A stretch of DNA of 64,000 bases from Eledone cirrhosa (lineage: Eukaryota), in the NCBI GenBank assembly GCA_964016885.1, contig OZ024740.1:172980001-173044000 (forward strand), given 5' to 3'. Position numbers and translations under genes: made by a program. The notes beneath the pieces are model-generated. The model had not been told where the DNA came from. It was given only the letters and a program-made list of their open reading frames with translations, and made no database searches. Of the stretch, positions 15,770 to 29,345 are shown piece by piece (positions within the stretch are counted from its first letter, which is position 1; the number at the start of each line of letters is the position of its first letter).

Positions 15770-16245
15770 ATATATGCACACACACACACGCTCTCATGCT
15801 TAGACACGCATACATGCGGCTTTGACCGGGAGGGTCATTTAGAGGGAATTGGGGGGAGGGGGGAGGTAAGGCTGCACAGCCTCACTTTCCCCCATGGCGA
15901 TTGGACTGCATGTCCTGCTTTCCAGCTTATATATATATATATATATGTATTTATGTATATACATATATATATATACATATATGTATGCATGTCTGTATCC
16001 GAGGGATTGTTTTTGATATACATATATGCATACGTATGCATACATATGCAGACATAAACATATATATAGATTTTAACGAGTCGGAGTCAGTGTTGCAGCA
16101 TATATACAAATTATATTTGCATATTAGAATTGTTTCAATATCGATCAGTTCAGGGTACAATCATGGTGACGGGGCCCGACCCTTTTTCGACAACTCATCA
16201 GATGTGCGAGCCAATATGTACAAAAACGTGCACGCACACGCACAT

Positions 16246-16318
<73 letters not shown>

Positions 16319-16473
16319 ATAGTACTCTGTTCAGTAATGGTCTAACTAGTTTAAAACTCGTTCAGTCCTGCCAAGAGATGTCAACACGAATGGACCTGTT
16401 ATTTTTATCCAAAGACATTTTTTACAAACCCCCTCCCCCTCGTCTCCTCAATCTATCTTGTTTCTCCTTCTTT

Positions 16474-16507
16474 CTTCTGATGAACGACTAACGTCCGAAA
16501 CGTTAAG
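16474..16507 (+). ncRNA. Minimal hammerhead motif, PLE-type
   Basis: CTT CTGATGA ACGAC TAAC GTCC GAAA CG TT AAG; palindromic AACGTT; the tail runs to (TA)n at about 16595. Confidence 0.6.
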
Positions 16508-16716
16508 TCCCTCTTCCTGCTATTTCAATTGTTAACCTAATATATTCCTTCCATATACTGTACCGATTGTGTTCTTATTTCTGTTTACGTTTTATATATA
16601 TATATATATATATATAAAACGTAAACGTATATATATATATATAAATTAGCCAGTAATATACATTGCATCCCAATGAATATTGTCACCTAGAACATAATTC
16701 AGAGAAACTTATAATT

Positions 16717-16881
<165 letters not shown>

Positions 16882-16905
16882 TGTGTGTGGATGTACGTGT
16901 GTGTA

Positions 16906-16936
<31 letters not shown>

Positions 16937-16943
16937 CTATATA

Positions 16944-16984
<41 letters not shown>

Positions 16985-17026
16985 GTGTGTGTGTGTGTGT
17001 GTGTGTGTATACATATATATATGTGT

Positions 17027-17081
<55 letters not shown>

Positions 17082-17167
17082 TATACATGTATACATACGT
17101 CCAGAAATAGGTGTCGAAACGGCTTGAGAGCTGCCGTCAGGGTCATACCTTTTCCTATATATATATA

Positions 17168-17566
17168 TTCCATCAGCTTAGCCCAAATGATGTTGGCGTC
17201 ACCTTTAGTGTACACCCAAGGCTTGGGCCCCGTGCTATCCGCCCACGACGAAAATCCCACTCGCATCACATAACAACAATGCGGCACAATTATTTCACCT
17301 CAATTGGCCCTGCACTCTTTAACATTACACCAAAACACATCAAAGCAGAGACAGACCCCATCAAGTTCAAGAAGTCTTTGGATAAATTCCTTCAAGAAAT
17401 CCCGGATAAGCCTCCTACACCCAGATATGCCTCCGTAAACAATAATTCTCTGCTCGAATGGGCCATGGTGCCCAAACACTGATTTGTAAGACTTCGCCAG
17501 GTGGTATTAAGTTAGACATGGCCTGGGCCAATACTGGCCGAAACCTATCAAAGTTATCAAGGTTAT
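17168..17566 (+). mobile_element. 3' end of a CR1-group LINE
   Basis: C-terminal GPALFN..FKKSLDKFLQEIPDKP..NNSLLEW; 3' UTR hairpin and (TATCAAAGT)n-like tail; second tail copy at 20390-20472 (minus). Confidence 0.7.
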
Positions 17567-17721
17567 ACATATATATATATACGTTCCACCCTTGCAAGCA
17601 GGGAAAAGCGGACGTAAAATGATGATATATACATATATACATACATATATGTATACATATATACATATATATGCATACATATATACATATACATACATAC
17701 ATACATATATATATATATATA

Positions 17722-17778
<57 letters not shown>

Positions 17779-17798
17779 TGATATACTGTATATATACA

Positions 17799-17874
<76 letters not shown>

Positions 17875-17876
17875 TG

Positions 17877-17910
<34 letters not shown>

Positions 17911-18016
17911 GATGTATATATGTATATATGTATGCATAAATATGTATATATATATATACTGTATATATATATATGTATATATATATACTGTATATATATA
18001 TGTATATATATATATA

Positions 18017-18061
<45 letters not shown>

Positions 18062-18066
18062 TATAT

Positions 18067-18277
18067 AGGAACCAGTAAGACCCCGACAGCTGAGCTCAAG
18101 CCGTTTCGACGGCTAATTCTGGACTATATATATATATGAGTCCAGAATTAGCCGTCGAAACGGCTTGAGCTCAGCTGTCGGGGTCTTACTGGTTCCTATT
18201 ACCCACTCTACTACCTCAAGTATTGAGTACTTTGGTGCGTTATGGTCCACCTGGTTCCTTACCACATTTCCTTCGTT
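18067..18277 (+). mobile_element. Family A fold-back element with a (TA)n loop
   Basis: Perfect arms 18067-18125 and 18139-18197 separated by a short TA run. Confidence 0.85.
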
Positions 18278-18339
18278 ATAAATATATATATATATATATA
18301 TTCGAAATTTAACAAAGGAATATAATAGACTAAATCTTA

Positions 18340-18419
<80 letters not shown>

Positions 18420-18457
18420 TAAGATTTAGTCTATTATATTCCTTTGTTAAATTTCGA

Positions 18458-18515
18458 ATACCTGATGATGTCACCGGATTCATACTGAACCCGGTCACTG
18501 AAATGATCATAGTAT
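18458..18515 (+). ncRNA. Type I hammerhead ribozyme
   Basis: ATAC CTGATGA TGTCACCGGATTCA TAC TGAACCCGGTCACT GAAA TGATCA TA GTAT; palindromic stem III. Confidence 0.75.
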
Positions 18516-18557
18516 AATAAACCTTTTAAGGAATTACACCAGTCCAGCCTCCTGTTA

Positions 18558-18662
18558 TTTTGAAAAGCAGAAGAACTGCGAAACCGGTAAAGGAACCAAA
18601 TAAATATATATATTTTTTAAAAAAATAAGACTCCAGTTGCATTTTCGATTTCATCTCTTTTT

Positions 18663-18668
<6 letters not shown>
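18558..18668 (+). mobile_element. Family D fragment with U3-A8 hammerhead
   Basis: Identical TTTTGAAAAGCAGAAGAACTGCGAAACCGGTAAAGG, fused directly behind another HHR element. Confidence 0.75.
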
Positions 18669-18718
<50 letters not shown>

Positions 18719-18895
18719 TAAAATACAAATATTAATAAAATAGATGTTCTTTTGATCAATTAAATTTTATTATACATATTTCGGAGGTACAACAGCACGT
18801 CTTCATCCAAAATATAATGATACATGTCATACCCTGAGATGTTAAATGGTTAAGATCTAATCAATATGATTTAATGTATATATATAATAAGATTT

Positions 18896-18998
<103 letters not shown>

Positions 18999-19005
18999 GT
19001 ATATA

Positions 19006-19077
<72 letters not shown>

Positions 19078-19130
19078 TATAATATATATACATATAAATA
19101 TATATATATATATATAATATATATATATAC

Positions 19131-19181
<51 letters not shown>

Positions 19182-19274
19182 CACATACATATAAATATAT
19201 ATTATATATATACACATACATATAAATATATATTATATATATACACATACATATAAACATATATTATATATATG

Positions 19275-19364
<90 letters not shown>

Positions 19365-19505
19365 TATATATATATATATATGTCGGTGTGTGTATGTGTG
19401 TGTGTATATATATATATATATTATATATATAATGTATGAGTGTATGTAAACACACACACGCCCAAATACACACACACGCCCAAATACACACACACGCCCA
19501 AATAC

Positions 19506-19567
<62 letters not shown>

Positions 19568-19573
19568 ACACAC

Positions 19574-19645
<72 letters not shown>

Positions 19646-20117
19646 ATGCTTTGGGAGGGTCATGTTGCCAATAAATTCAGAAACGAAATATATATATTAC
19701 TCTTTTACCTGTTTCAGCCATCCGGCTGAGGCCATGCTGGGGCACCGCCCTATATGTAAATATTGATGAGATTCTACAGGACTAGAACTGTTTCATTCTT
19801 TAGAAATCCTGTAGTGTAGAATCGCATCTATATTAAAACTTTTGATTTAATCCAGGTATTTACGACCGTTTCATTGGTAAGTGCAACCTTATATTGCTAT
19901 ACTGCAAATAGCAGCCACTCAATTATAATTGTTGTTCACAGTCCAAATTTTCAAAATAGTGAGTTACTCTTGAAATAATTCTTAATATATAGAGAAAAAC
20001 ATTTATTTGGAATTATATTTACTAGTATAGAGAGAGAGGAATCAGTACGTTGAAACCATCCATGAAACTGGCTTTCTTAACCAAAAACTGGATCACAATA
20101 AGCAATTTTTTGCTTCT

Positions 20118-20156
<39 letters not shown>

Positions 20157-20470
20157 CTAAATACATTAACAGAGAAAGCTAATAGCGATACTCTGACCAA
20201 CTCCCATCTCACTCAAGAAACATTAGGAAATACCTAAGTATATTCCCAATTATACGTTTAGGGTGCTTACTCTATTGTATTTTGTGGAAAGTCGACTGTA
20301 TTATTTTATTTGAGACATAATTAAATAAATCTATATATAGTAGTTAGATGCGTAAATATAGTTACAGGCGGTAAGTTTTGTATATATATAACTTTGATCA
20401 TTTTGATAACTTTGATAACTTTGATATGTTTTGGCCAGTATTGGCCCAGGCCTTGTCTAACTTAATAGCA

Positions 20471-20538
<68 letters not shown>

Positions 20539-20591
20539 TTAAATATATGAAAATTGCATATATATATTATGTATATATATTATATATATGT

Positions 20592-20758
<167 letters not shown>

Positions 20759-20814
20759 CATATATATATAATATATATATATCTTCTTTTTCTTCTTCTT
20801 TATTATCACCGTCA

Positions 20815-20907
<93 letters not shown>

Positions 20908-20979
20908 CCTTATTCCTGAGAGTGTCGTGGGATATATATATATATATAAATGAAAATAGAGAAATTATATATATCTATA

Positions 20980-21015
<36 letters not shown>

Positions 21016-22217
21016 TGTGTGTGTTTGTGTGCGTGTGTGTGTGTGTATATGTATGTGTGTATGTATGTATGTATGTATGTATATCATTGTAAAAAATCTT
21101 TCTTCAGATATAAATGTCTATAATTTAAGAGGGTAGCACTATTCTGTGAAGCGAATAAATGAAAGTATTTTCAAAAAGGTGAATATCCGAAGTTGTTACT
21201 TCTACAAAGTTTAATGCGAATCTGAACCTCAAGGGATTTATTTGAGCGATGCTTTTCCGATACACACTTAGTCCCATTAGTTATCCACGTCCACAAGTCA
21301 TCCATATGATGAAGATATGTTGCGTGAACAGTAGCATTATTTTGACACCATAAGATATACTTAAAGTAAATATTTCTGAAATTAATGAACTATTATTATA
21401 CATTTTTAGAGTTGTGGCAAAAAATATGTGCTTTTTTGCTCTTAGATGTTCTTTATAGATTAATTCTCTCATTCATAGGACCAAAATTATAAAATTATTT
21501 AATTAAAACTTTAAAAAACCTTTTCAAAACCTAAATAGTTTGTGAAGAAGCACCAGCAATGGTCATATACACCAATATGTTACTGGAATAATTAAACCGT
21601 TTTTGACGATATTTGAATTCGGAATGTTAAGGGTTGTAACTGGATATGCATTTTTTTTTCTCTCGACATTTTTTTTTCTCTCGACGCTCTCCCAATTCTC
21701 TTGCTCGCAACACTGACAGGGTTTACACAATAACTGTGAAATGTGGCGATAATCTATCTTGTATATGCAATTTAACCTTCATTTGTTCTTCGGTGACAAT
21801 AAAGTTCGGATTATTTGACAATAATATTCGATTTATGTGACAATAATGATTACTTTATTGTCACGCAAGTGTTAAAAAAAGGAATAAAAGGGGGAATAAA
21901 TAAGAGAGAAGAAGGGTTCAATGCCTTACAAGTCGATAATGTTTTGCCCGCATGACAATAATGTTTATCTTGCGTGACAAAAACAGTTTGTATCGTGTGA
22001 CTTCAATGTTTGCCTTATGTGCTGATGATATCTATCATATATACGACATTGGTATGTTTATCTATTTATTACACATGGCAGTGAAAGAAGGGAAAAGTGT
22101 TTAATTTACGGGAGAGAACGATACGACAGTCATTGGTCTCCATGCTCTTATTTCTCTTCACACCTCGTTTTCAACACACACACACACACACACATATATG
22201 TATATATATATATATAT

Positions 22218-22512
22218 AGAAAAAAGGATGAAATCGAAAATGCAACTGAAGTCTTATTTTTTTTTTAAATATATATATTTATTTGGTTCCTTTACCGGTT
22301 TCGCAGTTCTTCTGCTTTTCAAAAGGTGAGTTGAGATGGAGGGTCTGTGCCTCCATCTCAACTCACCTTTTGAAAAGCAGAAGAACTGCGAAACCGGTAA
22401 AGGAACCAAATAAATATATATATTTTTTTAAAAAATAAGACTTCAGTTGCATTTTCGATTTCATCCCTTTTTCTTTATACTTCCACTCGTGTAGGACACC
22501 TCGGTTATTTTT

Positions 22513-22519
<7 letters not shown>
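22218..22519. mobile_element. Family D fold-back element with two U3-A8 hammerheads
   Basis: Near-perfect arms around 22345; HHR minus 22289-22326 and plus 22366-22403; flanked by (TA)n. Confidence 0.85.
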
Positions 22520-22559
<40 letters not shown>

Positions 22560-22806
22560 ATATATACATACCCATATAACACATACACAAATACACATAT
22601 CTATGTATAGATATATGTATAGATATATATGTATATATGTATATATGTACATATATATATATGTTATTTTAATAAATATATATATATATATATATATTTC
22701 GTTGACAAATATAACAATATGCCCAGACATGCAGATATATTGCCCTTGGTATGAGAGTGTGGTTTTAGCTCAATGTAGGATAACTAGTATACTACAGAGC
22801 CGTTAT

Positions 22807-23687
22807 AGTTATAGGAATAACCAAAGAGTGCTTAGAAATACATTGTTTTATTAGCTAACAGTGTTTCATCCATACACCATGGCAGGTATCATCAGAGTCT
22901 ATAAACATGAGTATATCAGTAGTTGCATGCTCCATCGAGCTGCGTCACCAGAACAAGTTTAATGGACCAGCAGGGTGTCCCGAGGCCAGCGCTATATGGA
23001 AAAAGACAGAATACATGATGCACATAATGTCATAAAATGTCTTAAAAATTAAAAAATTAAAAATTACACCAAAAATGTATCACTTAAATGGTGTAATAGA
23101 TGATAAAGAGGTTGGGAGAGGGTAGCAAGGGATGAGTGAGGGTAATACTCTGCATGATCAGAAACAACAAGAAAATAATTTTAAAAAATAATAAAAAAGT
23201 ACAAAAATACAGGGATAAGAAAAGAGATAAATATAAAAATACAAAACAATAAAGGAACAAAAGGTCCGGAAACCCCCCAAAATATAAGACAAAGCAAAGC
23301 ATAGATGCATCAAAGCACAAGCAGTTCAAAAAGAGGGTGTACGGGCAGATCAAGAGAGTTTGCAAGCATGAGTCTGTGAAAAGAATAGTTGGTTAGCAGT
23401 GGTGTAACCTTACATGTATGATAGTCCATATGAGGGATGGTGTACTCCAATTATATCGCCTTGTAACAGGTCGATTCTCCTTATCATATCCGCGCCCTAC
23501 GAACCACATCGATATATTCCAGTTCCGAACGTTAAGTGAGATAACACTATTTTTCCAAAACCTATGGAGCATGCAACTACTGATATACTCATGTTTATAG
23601 GCTCTGATGATTCCTGCCATGGTGTATGGATGAAACACTGTTAGCTAATAAAACAATGTATTTCTAAGCACTCTTCGGTTATTCCTA

Positions 23688-23695
<8 letters not shown>
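22807..23695. mobile_element. Hammerhead element with 130-bp inverted arms and a 630-bp spacer
   Basis: Arms 22807-22935 and 23565-23695. Plus HHR 23600-23646: GGCT CTGATGA TTCCTGCCATGGTGTATGGAT GAAA CACTG TT AGCT. Confidence 0.7.
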
Positions 23696-23727
<32 letters not shown>

Positions 23728-23770
23728 TATATACATATCCATATATATATATGTATATATATATATATAC

Positions 23771-23835
<65 letters not shown>

Positions 23836-24103
23836 TCCATATATATATGTATATATATATATTATATATATATCCATATATATATTATATATATATCCAT
23901 ATATATATATGCTTATACACACACACACATATATATTAATATATGTACACACATGTGTGTGTGCATGTTTGTACTGTACATGCGTGTTAAAGACAATTTA
24001 TTTAGGGTTTTTCGTATTTTCTGATTACTCCTAAAAATTCAGTTTAGAACAACAGTTTCCCTAAATTAATCAGTCTATTAGCAATTTCTATGTTTCTCAC
24101 TTA

Positions 24104-24290
24104 AATAATTGTTTCTACTTTTGGAACAAGACCAGCAATTACCCAGTGCATTACTAGTACTTTATTTTATCGACCCCGTAAGGATGAAAGGCAAACTTAT
24201 CCTCGGCGGGATTTGAATTCAGACCGTAAAGGGATGTAACTATACTGGAAAGCATGGCGTCCGACTCTCTACCGATACTGCCAATCCACA
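24104..24290 (-). mobile_element. SINE S1
   Basis: Inverse of the 63675-63858 type copy. Confidence 0.85.
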
Positions 24291-24519
24291 AATGATCTAA
24301 ATACAGCGATGAATATTTTACTATTATTCTCATGATCCTTTGCGACCTACAACTTGGGCGAATGCTAATAAACTATTTAGGAATATTATTGTACTAAGCT
24401 AAACAGAAATGTCTAATGAAGAAATGTGAAAAGAAACACAATGAAATAGATTGAATTTAAATTCGGTCGTGCCTTTAATATGACGTGAAAAATAACGATT
24501 GTATCTATAAATAGCGAAG

Positions 24520-24840
24520 ACCCCTTTCGGTCACGAATGACCATGTGATTTGCACCTAGAAAGATTCCCTCCGAGGCACAAGTCTGGACAAGTTTGTTTG
24601 AGGAAGACCAGCAGTCACCTATGCATACTAGCCTCCGATGATATTCAAGGGAAAGGCTATGGCCGATACAGCTTGACACCAGTGACGTCACAACTCATTT
24701 CTAAAGCTGAGTAAACTGGAGCAACGTGAAAATAAAGTGTCTTGCTCAAGGACACAAGGCATCACCCAGTCCAAGAATCGAACTCACATCCTTTCGATTG
24801 CAAGCCCAATGTTCTAACCACTAAGCCATGCACCTTCACC
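24520..24840 (-). mobile_element. tRNA-derived CORE-like SINE (family S2)
   Basis: Minus strand: TGGCTTAGTGG (A box), GAGTTCGATTC (B box), TGTGTCCTTGAGCAAGACACTTT core; decayed relatives at about 2740-2860 and 41040-41150. Confidence 0.75.
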
Positions 24841-24864
24841 TATATATATATTTAATATAGAAAT

Positions 24865-24916
24865 GGCTTCTACAGGACTAGAACTGTTTCATTCGAAAGA
24901 AATCATCAGGAAAGCC
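24865..24916 (-). ncRNA. Type I hammerhead ribozyme (family B)
   Basis: Minus strand: GGCTTTC CTGATGA TTTCTTTCGAAT GAAA CAGTTCTAGTCCTG TA GAAGCC. Confidence 0.75.
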
Positions 24917-25037
24917 GACTGTCAATGTGATATGGGGGATTTATACATTTTCTGTTGGTAGGGTAAGGTGATTGGGATGGATGGAGGTCATTGGTTGATG
25001 GATTTAAAGAATGTGGATTCTTTGAAATATAGTTTTC

Positions 25038-26970
25038 TCAATGAATCCCGGAAGTGTGATATCTGAGATAGATACCGTGTTGACAATCCTTGAAGGCCAT
25101 GAAGAACACCATTGCGAAATACAAGGCAAACAAAGTTGGTGCAAGTATATCACCTTGCTTGACACTCTTTTCGACTGAGATTGGCTCAGACAGGTTACCT
25201 CCAATGTTTACCCTTGCCTGCATGTCATCGTGGAAGAGCTTGAGTATATTCGCAAACTTTTCAGAACAGCCCAATCTCTCCAAAATAACCCACAAAGCCT
25301 TCCGATTTACGGTGCCAAATGCCTTGGTCAGATAGACAAAAACTTGTTATAAGTCCATGCGCTGTTCAATGCATTTCTCTTGAAGTTGTTTGGCCGAGAA
25401 GATCATGTCAACAGTGCCTCTGCCATTCCTAAAGCCACATTGGGACTCTGGCGGTACCTCAACAGCAATGTGCTGTATCAATCTGTCCAATAATACCCTG
25501 CACAAGATCTTCCCAGCCACAGATAGTAGTGAAATGCCTCTGTAGTTGCCAGAGTCATCTTTGGCTCCTTTTCCTTTGTAAAGTACCACCATCAATGCAT
25601 CTTTCCGGTCCTACGGTACATCTTCATTCCAAACATTCACAAAGTGAGGTGGTTTAAAAAGTTATCACCAGCACACTTGAAGATCTCAGCACTCAGTTCA
25701 TCCATTCCAGGTGGCTTGCCGCTGTTTAATTTGGCAATGGCCTTCGCCACTTCATCAAATGAAGGAGGATCAGCCATTGCCAGCTTTGTTGGTCTGGCTG
25801 GAATCGACCGGATGAACTCATCATCGATTTCTGATGGTCTGTTGAGGAGTTCATCAAAGTGGTCATGCCACCTAATCACGATTTCCTTCGGATCTCTGAG
25901 CAATTCCTTGCTGTCTTTGGAGCAAAGTGGTGATATTTGTGAACCAGTTGGACCAAACACCTCCCTGAGCAGATTGTATAAGAGCTTTGTATCATGTCTA
26001 TCTGAGACTTTCTGGATTTCATCAACTTTTTTTCTCCACCAGGAATCTTGCATGGCTTTCAATTGATGTTGCTAGCGTGCCTTGATCTACTTAAAGGTCT
26101 GGTCACTCTTGCCAGAACGCGTCTCACACAACAATGATGTCAGCACTTTATGTTTATCTTCAAGTAAGGTTTGGATCTCTGCATCATTTTCGTCGAACCA
26201 GTCCTTATGCTTTCCATTGGTATGACCTAAGACTCCAGCACTGACATCACAGACGGTTTTCTTCAATGATTCCCACGTGTTTTCACATTCCATGGACTCA
26301 AGAGACTGCCACAGCTCGGCTCTGACTTCTATCTTCAGACGAGCCACGTTTAGTCGTTTTGGAAGTGCAACCTTCTTCCCTCTAACTTTTGGCTTCACAA
26401 CAAATTGAAACTTGGCTCGCACCAGACGATGGTCAGTCCAACATCCACCCCTCACAATGCACGAACCAATGTGATATCCCTGACATCACGTTTCCTCGTT
26501 AAAACAAAGTCAATAAGGTGCACACGGTAGGAACGTACACACTGACCAGGGTCACAAAGCGGTTTTGAATCAGAGAGACTCTCATGGACATTATCCGATC
26601 ATTGAATCCACAAGGAAGATTTTTCAGCTTTGAGACGATTCCATTCCTGAGAGTAAATGCGACCCCTGCCTCTCTCCTACAACCCTCTGCACTACGACTC
26701 CAATAGAAGGTATATCCTCCCTTCTGTTCTGTGAAATACCCTCACCTGCTAATCTCATTTCTGAGAGTGCAACGATGTCCAAGTAATAGCGATTGCGTTC
26801 CTTCGACAGTAAAGCAGGTCTTCTTTCAGGGTGAGTTTCACTGAATTGGGAATCAAGTAAAGTTCTTACATTCCAGCACCCAATATTCATCAAGCAAGCT
26901 TGGTGAGGTTGCCGGTTTAGTCGCCGACAACCGGACCATAAGACAGGTTGTGCTGGGTTACATGTGTCAC
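25038..26970 (-). pseudogene. Decayed RTE (BovB-like) LINE: APE endonuclease and RT, 3' truncated
   Basis: NIGCWNVRTLLD..ERRPALL..LDIVALSE; CWTDHRLV; NYRGISLLSVAGKIL..PESQCGFR.GRGTVDMIF; VKQGDILAPTLF; multiple stops and frameshifts. Confidence 0.92.
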
Positions 26971-27171
26971 AAAAATAGAACCTGTTCAAACACTCTTGGA
27001 ACTGCGTATGCCACATCTCGATATGGCATACTTGGAGCTTTGTTGATATCATCGCGGGGCTGGCTCAATGGAAGGATCTAACAAGGAGCTCATTCACTAA
27101 ATCCCTTTTTTATGTACTTCTGAAGTAAATGTATCATTTCCTGTTGACATTTTTATTTTAATTCTTATTAA

Positions 27172-27357
27172 CAGTATCGGTAGAGCGTTGGACAACATGC
27201 TTTGCGGCAGAGAGTTACGGCCCTTTAGTTTCTGATTTCAAATCCCAGCTAAGTCAACTTTGCCTTTCATCATTACGGGGTTGATAAAATAAAGTACCAA
27301 TAACGCACTGATACTTCAAATTGCTGGCCTTATTCCAAAAGTAGAAACAATTATTTT
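27172..27357 (+). mobile_element. SINE S1 followed by (TTTTTA)n
   Basis: Homology to other S1 copies; hexamer run 27360-27460. Confidence 0.8.
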
Positions 27358-28539
27358 GTATTTATTTATTTTTGTTTTTATTTTTATTTTTATTTTTATT
27401 TTTATTTTTATTTTTATTTTTATTTTTATTTTTATTTTTATTTTTATCTTTATCTTTATTTATGTCGTTGGTTATATATGACTTATTCATATATTTTATA
27501 TTATTTATAACGTATAGTTGAATATTTATTTCTTATTTCATATTTCGTATGTCGCGATCTGTGTATTGCCTTATCCCTTTCACCCAACCTCTAAATCGTA
27601 ACACTTCGATGTACTCTGTATCTTTTATATATTTATGTACTTCCAGTATAAAAATGGTGTTCTATATATACTCCAATTATCTAAAATACATCATGTCTCT
27701 GATTTCTTCCTGTGTTCTATATCAATCAATCATATCTCTACCACTAACGATATATATATCAACTTAACACTCTATCTAGCAAACAGTGTTACTGTAGCAC
27801 TAAAAACTTGTATAAAAACAGCTATTATGCAGTGCAAGAGCTAAGCTTGTTGCAGCAGCTTCTCTCTTTATGTTACTGAAGGATATTCGCAGGCGGGGGG
27901 GGGGTTATAATAACTGAACAATAATTGCCCATAACCCGAATGGATGGACGAGATCAATGTTACTGGAAATAATACTGTAGATTGTATTTGGAGGGTTGCT
28001 TTGTGAAAATTGTAATCTATTCTTTGAATCGATACCGCCTTAAATGAGCTTCTATGTGTCCAGTATCTCACCCGTTGACTCAATCCAGTTGTTGATAGCC
28101 GATTCCCACTTATACACTTGATCACATCAGTAAGCCACTGTCATTGGGTCCTAGTTAGAATTAGCTTAATTATAACGTAACCACCGAATTAATGAATTGG
28201 ACGTTGTAAGCCGAATTAATTATTTAATCAACTCTATATAAAATATTAATCTTATACACATAGGTCTATACTAATAATACTGTATCTTTGATATTGTCTT
28301 TTAAAAATGACATGATTTCTTTGAAATTATTCAACTAATTAGTTGATTATTAGGTTTTCTCTTGTCATGTGGTTTTTTTCTGTGTATTTATCTTGAATTC
28401 TCACTAAATATTTTTGTCTCTATTTTACTCTATTTGAATTTCTTTATTTTTATTTTCTATCTTTCTCTATTTTAGTATTTTCTCTCTGTAAGCTTTTCCT
28501 CTATTTAATTTTTTTTAATTCTTATCTAGCAGACTATTA

Positions 28540-28604
<65 letters not shown>

Positions 28605-28624
28605 TATATATATATATATATATA

Positions 28625-28703
<79 letters not shown>

Positions 28704-28704
<1 letters not shown>

Positions 28705-29062
28705 AGATATAGGATACTTTAGTGCAGAAAATAACTGCAATTATAGCCAATTGCTATAAAATAATTTATAAAAATCAGGTAAAACTCCTTTGAGACGGGA
28801 AAATGTGCTCACAGCGGCTGTTACGAGGACTCGAACTTCATAACTCTCAGATACCGGTTGAGTACTCGTGCATTTGAACTAAGGGACCTGTGAAAACTTA
28901 CCATCTAAATTACGGAGCTGAATCAGACAGCTTTTGAAAATGTAAACAAACATCGTATGCGATCTTTCGAACATACAAAACGCTTGAGGAATACATTTAT
29001 AAAAGATATAGGATGCTCAAGTGCAGAAAATAACTGCAATTGCAGTCAGTTGCTATAAAATA
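28704..29062 (-). mobile_element. Direct-repeat-bounded element with an internal tRNA-like segment
   Basis: Direct repeats of about 60 bp at 28704-28763 and 29003-29062; minus-strand TAGTTCAAATGC and GAAGTTCGAGTCC boxes within 28815-28888. Confidence 0.55.
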
Positions 29063-29345
29063 TATATAAGCATGAGTATACGTCTGTGTGTGTATAAAAA
29101 GAGTGGGAAAGAGATAGAGCGTCTACGGGGCGCATAGTAGGATTAGAATTTCAATTTGTGTTTGCTCCCATTCAAAGTACCTCAAATGCAACTATAAAAT
29201 AGTTGACTACCAGCCGAGCATGTAACACCAAGACACTATTCGGCACATAATAGGCCATGGGGTTTTAAACGCCACATATCTCTTTATAAATTAAATGAGT
29301 TTTGTGGTGAATGTGTATATATGCATATATTTACATACATACATA

